Shown here: one piece after another, positions 37,934-50,200 of the stretch
Layout: each line of letters starts with the position of its first letter
How positions within the stretch are numbered: the first letter of the stretch is position 1
Source: Camelus dromedarius
Taxonomy: Eukaryota
Direction: 5' to 3'
Length of the DNA stretch: 64,000 nucleotides
Assembly: GCF_036321535.1 (NCBI RefSeq)
Contig: NC_087436.1
Span: 29,886,001 to 29,950,000 of the forward strand
Program-made: the position numbers and the translations under genes
The notes under the pieces: model-generated
Told to the model about the DNA's origin: nothing
The model's database searches: none
Seen by the model: the letters and a program-made list of their open reading frames with translations, nothing else

Positions 37934-40229
37934 ATAGATATAATTTTATATCTATTTTGTAATTTGCTACTCAAACACATTTAATTTGTCTTCAAATGCA
38001 ACCATTTGTGAAATGTTTCTGACAACTGTGTATTATTAACTAATACTAAATAGTAGCAAAATTAATGGTTTTCCTGATACAATAGCAGGAGTTAAAATGT
38101 TTACTTCAGTGCGCAACTCCAGGTGCAAGATTGACAGGATATTCCATAAATGTGTTGCTCTGTAAAGCGGTGTAATGAAACGTCCTTACATAGACTCATC
38201 ATCCTACTTCCGCCTGCCAGCAGGTTTAATGTTTTAGTTCCCCAGTTCCTTGTACCAAATTTTGTATGTTATATTTGTATAGCAAATATAATTCACTCTG
38301 CATTAAGTAATAAGGATATTTTTTCTATCATAAATTGGAAGGCAGTAATCCAATGTGTGTCATCAAGAAACCTCATGTTTCTTCTCTTCTCTGCTGTCCA
38401 CGATGACAGCTATATGCTAAGGATGGGTCATCTTGTCATCATAATAAGATTACTGACAGTAAAATATACTTTATTTTTCTTTATTTCATGAACAGTATAT
38501 AAAAGAGAGTAGCCTCACATACTAATGCAATAGAAGTCTTTCCTTTGAGTCTGATTGAATCTGTTAGGTTACCTGCAAACTCTTAAAGACTATCTTTAAA
38601 AGAAATCATACATTGTGTTTGAATTAAACCTTTGTTCTCTAACCAAATATTATCAAAATGCCATTTACATGGTTATCATAGGCTTATCTGACTCTACCCC
38701 TGGGGCCGGGGTTGCCACCTCTGAGCCATATCGGTTGCTTGGAGGAAGAGTGATTATCTTTCCAACATTTTTATGTTATAAAGGCAAGGGGAAAGAAGAA
38801 TGGATGTTGAAAACAGAAGTATATGTTTCACTAAAATAATTTCAAACTGAGATTTCTTCAAAAAGCCTTTTCTTATGCCCATATCACTGCTCACCTACCT
38901 AGAACTGAAAATAATTTATTCCCCTTAAATTCTAATAAGTACCTCATTCCTGATCTTATGCATGCCTCTATTCCAGGTTCTTGTCCTGTGGTACGTGTCC
39001 CTTTGCATGTGCATAGATGTCAGACCTCTATCACATTGTCCTATGGAGAATTGGGTCATGGGGAGCAGGCACTAAGATGGCCAGTAAGCAAACAATTGAT
39101 TTGTCCTGTGATCCAGAAACCTTGTGTTTCCTGTCAGAATAGAGACTTTAATTAAGTGAGTAAGTAAGTAATTAACCATTTTGGAGACAAAGATGAGATA
39201 TAGTTGCACAAACATTACCTTCAAAAAAAAAAAAAAAAAGACGAGTGCCCCATGGGTCAATGTAAATTGATAGTTGATATGTTGAAAATTGTTTGATCAA
39301 TTGGGAAATGCATTTTTCTACACTCTGTTACCTATAAAGAAGAATTGGGAAGTGGTTGAAGATCAAATAACGGAAGATAAGGCTGAAACAAGAAGCTGGA
39401 GTAGTGCTTTTGTTTTTTGTTCTTTCCTCCAAGTAGCAGGAAACAAATTGAAGAGTCCTGAGAGCCAAATGGGGCTTTGGTGAACCAAACTCATTTTCAG
39501 GAGTGGAGGCATTTTCTGTGTCCCTTTATTCCTAGTTTTGCTTCTATCCTGATATCAGAAGCCTTAAGGATTAGGGGTGAGACCAAAGTCTGCACCCAAG
39601 TAAGACTTCATCCTGATAGACTGGAACTTCAGGGATAGGAGGAATTCAGAAGTTTATGGTGCTGTTAGAAACAGATAGCCAAGACACGTCAGTGGCTCTA
39701 AAACAGGATGGCCTATAGAAAATTTGGATGCTCCATTTGGAAGTAGAGGAAACCTCATGGTATTATGGGGTAAAGGTTTTGAAAGCAGATGAAGTGGATG
39801 ACGGCCATGGAATGTAGGGTGAAATCCTGATAGTGTAGAAATCATGCTGAGTGGTAGATAGAAAGAGCCCTTGGGCCCAGGCACCACCTAGGTACTGGAA
39901 AGTGAACAGGTGGGTAGGCAGAGGGAAAAAAAGTCTCTGAGGATGCTAAAGCTATCTCCACAATTTGTCTCCAACACCTCTCCCCCAAATACTAGTACTT
40001 TCCAGTCTCCATCTAGGAGATAAAAGGATCTCCTGGGAACTCTGAATGTAACTTTGGAAATGCTGAACTTAACCTATAGGATAGAGCAAAGCTTGCAATG
40101 AAAAAACATAAAAGAAGTTTAAATGACTTTGTATTGTTTTAGTGCTTCTACATATGGATGTATAATAAGAATTGATATTGGATGTTATATGCCCGTAATT
40201 TCCCATCTCATAAGTGACAAAGGGATCAT

Positions 40230-41120
40230 TCTGACAAGGGCAAAAGCTGGAGATAGATAAGTGAGTTAATGAACCAAACTCACCTGCCTTTTGCCACCAG
40301 TAGTTTTGTTAGGGTTTAGCATGAATTTTAATCAATTTGTTGGACCTTATGGGTGTTGAGATTAGAACAAATTTCTGTGGTGCTAATTTTTGCTGATTGG
40401 AAACTTTTGCAAAGGGAGGATTCATCCACAGGGATGAACCACTTATTGGCAGGTAAACTTGGGTACTTTGGACTTGGGGTTTTGAAAGAGCTACAAGATA
40501 CACCCTGTTACGACACACAGATTGCTAATGAGGTCTTATTAAACTCTATGCCTCAGCCATAGAAGTCTGGAGACTCAAACTTTGAGTCAAGTTGAAAACT
40601 ATGGCTGAGAACCGAAAAGGCCCCCAAAGCATGTGATCTAGTGACATTGTGGCTAACCTATCCCCATCAGCTTCTTGGCTTTATGTGAGAAAGTGACAAC
40701 AATCCCTTTGAAGGGAGACAGTAGCATGTCAGTGAGGAGGGATTTATCTCCTACTCTAGTGCCTGACATAAAGCCAGAGCTTCTGGCTCTTTTCAAATTC
40801 TTGCCTCACAGAGTTTCCACTTAGTGCCAGGGCCTGGATGACTGATGTTCAGCTAAGCTGAAACCCAGTGGCGTCTGCTATACTTATTGTAACCTCAGTA
40901 CCGCATATTCCAAACTGAAGCAGACGTGGCCATTCTGCCTAGGGGACAAAACTCAGACTCTGAACTTGGGCAGATCAAGGACGTTCTTTTGGGAGGACAT
41001 GGATGTGGAAATGAATCGTGAATGTGGGTTGTACCTGTCGACGTCAGTTTTGTAGATGCACTTGGCAAGGGTCTTTTCTTTGATAAGACCAACTGAAATT
41101 GTGCTACTTATAGGGTCACT
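40230..41120 (+). mobile_element. Highly decayed class III (ERVL-like) pol/RNase H remnant
   Basis: 'gcctggatgactgatgttcagct' (AWMTD, cf. AWFTDGSA) near 40832, 'tctgaacttgggcag' (cf. AELxA) near 40958, and 'gcaagggtctt' (cf. ANGL), in RNase H order. Confidence 0.4.
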
Positions 41121-41547
41121 TTGTTTTTGAGGGATGGACAATGACTTTAATTCAGACTAATGACTTCTGCCAAATATACCCCCTTTATCTCTAGATTTGG
41201 GAGGCCTTATTCCATGTATTACGTTGAGTGTGCCCCTAACCTCTCCTGGCACATTAACTAAAATTGTACACTCAGAATTAAGGAAGAAAGATGACATTGA
41301 TTCAAGTCCATATATCATCTTGTTTGATAAAGAATAAGTACTAACAAAGCCTCTTAAAGGTATAGTATCCTATTTAAATTTATCACCAGAAATAGCTACT
41401 TTGTATCAGTAATGTTGATCAAACATACTAAACTAAACATTTATATTAAAAAGTAGTCCTTTTCTTTTTCCCCCTTTTTTCTTTCTTCTTATTAACAGAT
41501 TGTCTATATCAGTAGACAATTGACCTGATATTGTTTTTATTCACCAC

Positions 41548-42413
41548 TGTTATGCATTGAATGTTTGGGCACCTCCCATTCGTATGTTGAAGCTTGTAGA
41601 CTGGAAAAAATGCACAATGTAAAAGCAATGAGTTTCAGTTTTATTCAAGGACCTTACTGAGGACTATAGCCTGGGAGGTAGCCTCTCAGATAGCTCTGAG
41701 GAACTGCTCTGAAGAGTTAGGGAAGAAGCCAGTATAAATATGAATTTCGGGGCTGGGAAATATATGTAATCAAGCATGCACCTTGATAAAAGATTACTGC
41801 TAATCATAAAAAACAGACATCTCAAGTTAATGATTTCAGTGTTTTTCTACATATGAGAAGACGCAAGAATCCAAAGTCATTGAAATTCTTCCTTAGATAT
41901 GTATCTTAACTACTTAGGGGCCATGTACCCCAAAACACAGAATGTTTCATCCCATGTTTCTATGTCCTGAATTCCCCTCAGGATGCATGGCCTGTGGGTG
42001 ACTGCAGTAGGTTGCTACTTAATCATTGGATAACTGGATGATGAATGAAACTCTTTGTTCTTTTTGATTACCAGACCTACCCTCAATGTGATGGTATTCA
42101 GAAGTGGGACATTGGGAACGTAATTAGGTTTAGATGAGATCATGAGGGTAGGGCCCCATGGTGGGATTAATGCTCTTATTAGAAGAGGAAGAGAGACCAG
42201 ATATCTCTCTCTCTTTCTCTGGCAGACACAAAGGAGATTTCATGTTAGCAGATACTGCATTGGTGACCACCTACTACACCAAGAGAAGAGGACTTTGAAT
42301 GAAACTTTCCTTGCTGGCACCTTGATTTTGGACTTCTCAGTCTCCAGAACTGTAAGAAAATTTTCTTTTCTATCATTGCTATGGTATTTAATCATTTCAA
42401 AGCCGACTCAGAC
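41548..42413 (+). mobile_element. MLT1A/MST-type MaLR LTR split by a nested ERV1 LTR
   Basis: 5' part 'tgttatgcattgaatgtt...gtatgttgaagct' (41548-41594) resumes at 42074 'cctcaatgtgatggtatt...gggattaatgctcttat...gactcagaca'. Confidence 0.85.
41595..42073 (-). mobile_element. ERV1-type solo LTR (laurasiatherian style)
   Basis: TG...CA termini, 'ttttatt' poly(A) signal on the minus strand near 41640, 'ttactgaggactatagcctggga...ctctcagatagctctgaggaactgctc'. Confidence 0.75.
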
Positions 42414-42602
42414 AATTATCTGTTGCCAGAATCTCATTTTCTGCTATCTTTTCCTTTCCACTGATAATATCTCTTCTAATTAAGAGCAGTATTGGTTCAC
42501 AATGATTGTACAAGGATTTTTAAATCAGTGATTATAAAATTAATGTAACCAGAAAATTGATTCGAGTTCTTGATAATTTTGTGGAAATGCGTTTATTTTC
42601 AC

Positions 42603-43337
42603 TGTTACTGAACTTAGTCCTGGCTGCTTTAAAGCCAATCCTGGAGTGACAAATGTTGATTGGAAATAAAAAGTTGCTTTATTCAGGAGGTTGGACTGTG
42701 GAGATGATGGACTCACGTCCAAAAGCCTATTCCCCACTGCCAATCAAGGGGCGAGAGCTGTTAAAGGGGAGAGTGTCAGGAGTGTATACGTGGAGGGAGG
42801 GGTTTATGTGCAGAACAGCACAGTCAACCCTGACAATCATCTTTAAATTGTTCATATGATGGTCTGATCGGCATCATCTTGATTGTTTCAAGTAGAGTTA
42901 ATCTTCAGTTCCAGGGTCATTTTTTCCCATTTCCTTGAGGCCAGTTCTTGGAATTGTGTAAGGTGGAGAAGCTTATGTCAGGACTTCAATCTGGTCATCA
43001 TGTAGTTAACTTCTTCCCCCTGGTAGGGGTTTCAGTATCTGCAAGACAACTCAAAAGTATGGCTGAAAATATTGTCTATAGCCCTTGAGGAGGAACTAAA
43101 TGTCCTTGGCTTTGTTTAATGACTAAACTATTATTAGTTGGTCATGTTTAATTACTTTCCTTTGCATCTGCATTTTGTCACTTCTCTGGTTAAGTTTATT
43201 CTTTGGCTAAAGTTTTTTGTTTGATTGTTTTGTTTTGTTTTGTTTTTGTTTTTTTAACCGACAAGAGGCAGTTGGACAACATGGTGGGGGATGGGTGGTC
43301 TGTCTCAGGAAGGCACGTAGGTTCCTGCTTGGTTTTA
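42603..43337 (-). mobile_element. ERV1-type solo LTR
   Basis: Starts TGTTACTGAAC, 'gttgctttattcaggagg' (AATAAA on minus), 'cagaacagcacagtca', 'atagcccttgaggaggaactaaa', ends 'ggttcctgcttggtttta'. Confidence 0.75.
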
Positions 43338-45279
43338 TCTCTATTCAGAAAATAATTTGTTTTAGAGCTCTAGCCTTATGCTTCCAAAGCGTAAAGTTCT
43401 AAAACTGTAATAAGCTCTTTTGAAATGGTTTGGAAAGTTTACTTTTTTGTTTGTAGGTGTGTTGTTAAAACAAACAAACAAAGCAATATATGTTCAGAAA
43501 AGCAAGAATGTTTTATTTTTGCACTCTTTTGCTTTCATGACTTTCCATTGCCTTTTTCATTTGGTTCTTTGTTTTGAAGACTGTCTTGTATTCTAATTAT
43601 TTTGGAAATGTTTAAATTATTCTTTGACTACCCTTGCATTGATGAAATGGGTGGCCAATTACGACTATTTTTGTGTCCTTCACGGGATCATTAACAGGCT
43701 TCTATCCCTTGGAGATGCTCACTGAATGACTGGGTTGAATAAAATCAAACTTGCCAAGATGAGTTTCTCAAATTATATTTGTCTCTTCATAAGTTTAGTG
43801 TGAAGAAGAGTCATGTGTGTCTATTGATTTTAAACCAAAGTACTTTATTGTAAGAAACAGAATTAACGTGATTTGCTGTGGTTATAATTATCTACCAAAA
43901 TAAAACTATTGGCAACTGGTCTGATTCAGAGAAGAACAAACAATTATGAAATAGTTTGACATATTATACAGCTACTTATAAAATGACCTACACTACATTC
44001 TTTGGTTTAACTACAAATTATTTTTCTTATACTTATAACACATCTGTTTCCTTTATTCTCATTCAGCAGACTCTGAAATGACTAAAATCTTAGTAACTTC
44101 CACAATAATTAATTTTGGAATAACATCATTCTCTTTTTTCATTTACCCATAGAAATTTCCCCAACTTGCGTTGATATTTAATTTTTGTCACTCTTTCAAA
44201 GTGCCATTAGATTATTCAATAATAGACAAATGGTGTTTTTGGATGCCAGTCAGTCATCCAATACTATGAATTCATTGCATGTGAAATGTGTGTCTCCCTT
44301 ATTTTCAAGGATATATGGATTTAGTTACATGTGTTTGCATTCATTAAAATGTTGTAGCGGAAGTAAATCATGACTGTAATTCAGTTTTTGACATCTTTAC
44401 CACACATAGCTGGAGAGATATAGATTTAAACACTTTTCAAAGTGTGGAAAGCTTGGGCTCACTGAGCCAAAGCCATTGGAGTGTTTTTATTCTATTTTGG
44501 AATAGTTACTTCGGTATTGACACTAAGGAAATAGTACAGTAGAGTAGCTGTAAATCTAATACAAGACTCATGCTGGTTTTCTACCTTGAGATTCTGTCTT
44601 TCTATTGAAGCCAAAGAGACCAAAACAATTATAAATAAATGTAAATTAAATTTTACTAATACATACCAATTGACTCTACAGTCATTGTAACCTTGCCACC
44701 AACTACAGACCCCTAAAAGGGGAGGAATGTGGCCATTTAGGAAACAGAGAGAGATAGATCTAAGAATAAAGAAATTGAGATAATTTCTCATTGTCTCTGA
44801 ACTGTGGATAAATGCAGAAAACTGTGTAGGATGTAAGATTTCAAAAGGAATATGGTAATAAGACATAACAAATCTCAAAAATATCCAGCAAATGCTTCTT
44901 ACCAGAGTTTCACCCTCATGAGAAAATATAGCTACAGACATTAAATTGTCTACATAGGAGCACAGAAAATAATAGAAAAGTGTCAGATAGCTAACAAGGA
45001 GGGGCTCAAATGACTTAGATTCCATCTGGAAGCTATCAAATGTTCTTGATCAGAACTTGAGGAACAGTAGTTATATACTGAGGCCATATTTTGAGTCTTT
45101 TCTGGTAAACAGATTGAAGAGAGTCTTCATGCCGTAAAGCCAGAAGCTGTGATAGCACATACTCTACTCTAAGAGTAACCATTAACGGGTCTGAAAAAGT
45201 CCTCCATATTTATCCATGGGGAGCAGAAAATACAACCAACACCATTTCAAATTAATATTTTATAAAGGTAAAAATAAAC

Positions 45280-46983
45280 CAAATAACATTTTGACAGAGA
45301 ATGAGAATATATATCAGACAATGAACATGCAAAAAGTAGAAGCAATAGCTTAAAATTTCAAAATAATCTGTAAAGAAAGCAATTAACATGAATCGTAAGT
45401 ACTATAACTGGTATAGCTAGCCAAAATTCATACACCTGTCGTATCCAGTGATCCAGCTGATCAAGCGGACAAAACTTAGTAAGATTACAAAAGACCTTAA
45501 AAGACTTAAATAGTAACTATATACGAAACCCTAAAACTACAATAATGAAAATATACTTTCTTTTCAAGTTCTTTGGGGCATTTAGTAAATTTAGTCATAT
45601 ATTAAGTCACAAATAAAACCTTAATATGTTAAAATGTGTTTTCTGAATACAGTAGAATAAAAATAGACATTAATGACAATTACTATAAAAGATCCCTTGG
45701 TCAAAGTGAAAATGCAAAATAAAATTATGTAATTTCTATAAGACCGTGTTAAAGATGAAGCCTATCAGCATCTATGTGATGCAGTTGAAGTGGTGCTGTT
45801 GATACTGACTACATCTATTCCTCAACTTCTTTTTCATTAACAATGTTGGTCTTAATTATGGGCATATCCACAGTGTGTAGAAAAGCCCTTGGCACATAAT
45901 AGGCATTTGATGACCATCGCTGAGTTCTCAGTTATTTATCTAATGGAGAGTAGAAGCAGAAATACTGGGAAGAATATTTAAAAATAAAGACAACAAGGAA
46001 AGGACATAGCTACCAGAGGATAAACCTGCCATAAAATCACTTTAATCACAATATTATGATATTTACAATAATGAACAGATTTGTTTGAAAAATACATGTG
46101 TGATAAAGATGACATGTTGATATATTTTGAAATGAAGTGGGAAAAATAGAGGTAGTTTCCCACATTGATCCACATTTAAATACTACTTTGAGAGGATTAT
46201 TAATTAAAATCAAATAATTAAACCAAAAATATAAAATTAAATGAGTATATTTTTTCTAAATTTAGGGTGAGAAAACTTTTCTTAAGTAAGACATGAATCC
46301 CAAAAGTCAAAAATGAAAATGTAGATATGTTTCATTACATGAAAACCAAAATTGGAAAGAACAAACAACAAATACACGTGCAAAGGAAAAACAAACAGAA
46401 GCCTTATCAGCAGGTGGAGGTTTACAGAATGGCTGATGAAACATCGAAAACTCTTAATAAGCACCGAGCTTACACAATTTAATATGGAAAAAGAAAACCA
46501 GTACAAATAGTGGCCAAAAGTTAACAGTTCACAAAAGGGGAATTTCCAGTGACAAGTATGCATTTAAGGAGGGTTTCAAAGTCGCAGGGAGTCAACAAAT
46601 AAATAAATAAATTCCTCATTTTAAGATTGTGTTCACAGCAGTGCTATGAATATAAAAGTCTTTTATTTTCATTGTTGGGGAAGGAGAATATGCATTTTAC
46701 CTCTCAATAGAGTAATCAGAAAAAAGGCCATTAAAATTAATTAATTCCTTATCCCATATGTTTCACTATTTATCTACTTTTTGGTAAGAGAGGCGAGTAT
46801 AGGGAAATATGCATGAGGGAATTTGTTGCAACAGTGTTTTTAGTTGCAAAAACAAATTGTGTTTTATCCATAAAAGAAAAGAATAATTAGCCATTAAAGA
46901 GAATTAGATCTATAGCTAGAAATACAAAGAGGTGTTCATTATTTATTAAGTGATAATGTATGATAATATTCTTGTAAAAGCAA

Positions 46984-47021
<38 letters not shown>

Positions 47022-47110
47022 GCTGTTATATGGTGAAAGTTTATTCCTCAGACTTGTTATTGTGGATTGTACCAAAGTGCGGAATCTTGTTGAGACCAGA
47101 AAGCAGAAAA
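45280..47110 (+). mobile_element. Very old L1 (L1ME-like) fragments with an L2 tail at ~45860-45920
   Basis: 'gaaaatatactttcttttcaagt', 'agggtgagaaaacttttcttaag', 'aacagttcacaaaagggg', 'ttgttgcaacagtgtttttagttgcaaaaac'. (TAA)n at 46988-47020. Confidence 0.55.
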
Positions 47111-49799
47111 TCACAGTGTATCTTAAACTTCTAATATTGACACATTCAAGTCAAAATCCATATATTACATTCTCTAATTTTATTACAAAAAAGGTGATTT
47201 GTAACAATGCATAATAATATGAAATAGGAGAGAAGGAATAAACCGAGGCCATGCTCTAAATATAGCTGCCTTCTTTTTATCAATTTCTTATCTATATCTT
47301 CATAATATAAAAATTTGGGGGAAATGTTGTATTAAAGTTAAAATTGGTTGCTTAAAACCATGATTTAATAAAATAAAGTATCTTTATTTTTATTTTTTTC
47401 TGATTTTCAAATTCAGAAATGTGTAGATATTTAATAATAATTTTCTGATTTGAGAAGTACTGGTTAAAATCTCAATATTAAAATTATGCAAGATTTTTGT
47501 AATAACAGTACCAATGATAATAATTATGGCAACAAATAGCACTTATGAATACTTATGATGGGCTAAGTGAGGATCTGATAAATCTTTAAGGAAGGGGCAC
47601 AGTGAGGAGGAGGTGATTTTCACACATTTGTACACGGAAATGACTTCTCCAGAATCCCTTGTCTGTGACATGACTAAAGAAATTTAGAATGAACTCATTG
47701 AAAGTAAACTTTTCACCTGATCATTGGCCTACAGTAATACTGATCTCACATATGCTTCACAGAGAAAGCTTAAGCTGTAACTACTTTACTGTCCTCTAAC
47801 ATCTTCCAGCTGAAATCATTGCCTAAAGATCAGCATCGGAACTGAGGCGCCATCTATATGGACTAAATCAGAGTCTGCTGAGATCCACAGGTGGTTTGTA
47901 TGGACGTTAAAATGTCTTAAGGACTAATCTACAGTCCTCTAAAGATGTGTCTTTTGTAATCTGAAAGCATAAAATATTTCATGCAGTGTTATCAGATGTT
48001 TTTTGAATATCAAAGCAAAATAAACATAAAGGCTAATGAAAGTTTTACAGCTAAACAATTTTAGCAATGTGTGTAAATAGTATTTTTCATTTCCTTTTGG
48101 GTTTTTAAAAGGATATTCAAATACATCATAAGTGATGTTGAAGTGGATAAATGTTTTAAAAAATCAAAGTAAATGGAATTATTGCAGTATTTGGACTAAA
48201 ATACTTAGTAGTGTAGACTTAAAATAAAAAGAGGAAAGATTGTTACACACAATACATTAGATGTTATTGCAGTCAAAAAGCTATATTTTTAACTAAATTC
48301 AGAACTTTGAGTTTTCCTTTAAAATATGTAATACAAATAATAAATTTAATTATAGTAACATTTCCTTCCAGTTGTTTGGAGCCTAAGTTACTTATCAGGA
48401 ACACTGAATGATGTAGGAAATTCTGTTTATGTCTCTTAATAGTGCCCAGCACCCTTCAGCTTTCATTATAGTTTTTTTGTTTGTTTTTCCAATTTCAGAG
48501 GTACCAAAGCTTTTGTTTATACTTTAATTTCTACTGTGCATAGAATATAATTTCTCTAATTCATATTAGTAATACAAAAATACACATTTTCCTTCTAATA
48601 CTTGTTATAGTGACCAAGGCATAATGACAACATTAAATTTAATAACCAGCTACATTATTATTTATATTTTTATAATAGTAGAGGGTTACAAATCCACATA
48701 ATATTTATTCAGCTTTATTTTTTTCCCCGTGATTCCAGAATAATACACACGACTTATAAATCACACTGACACTGTGCTGCTCTCCTTTGTATGTCAGCTC
48801 CCAAGGAGGTCAGAGTTGCATCATCTGTGGTCTTTATGGGAAAACACTCCCTGGAGTTTTGCGAGGCATGGTCTTTGTGTACAAATGTCGGGCTCTGTGA
48901 GCTGCTATGTTTTCTCGAGAGATTACAACTGCCTACGTTCGGAGAAAGCACTCAACGCTCTGCAAGTGCATTGCTATGTATTATCCGTGCCCAGCAATTC
49001 CGAAATGGCAGCACCCCTAAATATCCTTCCATGCCATCTGTTTCTTATTAAGACAATAGGGGTATAAATATCAATAATGCTTCATCTGGACCATGAAGAA
49101 CCGTACAGCACAGTGGCTTTTATCTGCAGTAGTCTTCATTCAGCAACCTTTTCTCTCTCATACCACTACCAACCATATCTTTCCAGCTGCTCAACCTCAA
49201 GATGACCTAGCAATTAAGTGCCCACAGCTTCTGTTAAGTTCCTCGTTCCCATATAGGCAGCCAGAGCCCTGTCTTGACCGAACCTTCCCTAGAAGGTTCT
49301 CCATACTCAACACACAGTGTAACCTTCAATCTCATACCCGCCAAGTTCCATTTTGAGTTGTCAGCCCACCTCAAGCACTTATGGCCAGGCTCTCTGGTAT
49401 GTTTTCAATAATTTCCTGAGAAAGAAAGCTAAAGAATAGGAAAAAAATAATATCTAAAAGAAGATATTTTCGCCCTTTTAAAGAAAATGTTGCCAGTGAT
49501 CTTTTGGGGTGCATTATTTCTGCATTTGCTTTGCAAACAAAAGCTATAAATCTCATGGAAAAAAATGTCAGACTCAGGAAGAGAGGCTGGAAATCAAGTC
49601 TGAATATGGATGTGAACTAATCTTTAAGCAAAAGTTATCTCATAAGACACAGCATGTAGGTGTTTTACTTCATTTCTACTTAAGTTATTTGCTTATCCAT
49701 GTGAAGAAAATGGTCTTTGAAAGACATATTTGCTATGTATAGAGCTTTCATTGACTGCCCTGCTTTCCAGGTCTTCCTCTGCTATTAAAAGCTCTTTTG

Positions 49800-50200
49800 T
49801 TTTAGAAATTTCCTGTGACTTTATTGGGCCTTAATTTTTCCCATCTGTAAACAACAGGGATCAGTTAATTGATTGAAAAGATCCTTCTAGCTCTATCACT
49901 CTATAATTTTATCACTGTTATAAGAAAGATGTTGACATGTGTGTAAGTGAGATGATTCAGGCAATAAGTAGTGTAGGCCTGGATATAAAAGCTGTAGCTA
50001 CAGTGACAAAAAGGACTTTTAAATTACAACAGAGCTGGCTTTGAAGAACATGCCTAGTACTATATGTATCCCCTTGTGCAAGTTCTTTAAACTTCCTGAA
50101 ATTCATTTTCTTCATCTTAATGTGGCTAACATGAGATAAAAGTTCTAAGAAGAAAATAACTTAAATGTATGCAAAACAACCCAATACTTTGGGCCACAGT
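49800..50200 (+). mobile_element. MIR relics
   Basis: 'gggccttaatttttcccatctgtaaa...ccttctagctcta' and 'gcaagttctttaaacttcctgaaattcattttcttcatct'. Confidence 0.55.

Noticed and set aside
44492..45025. Longest ORF in the window (177 aa, minus strand)
   Set aside because: Composition (F/L/I/Y/S-rich) is what the antisense of A-rich DNA gives. No recognisable domain, splice structure or promoter.
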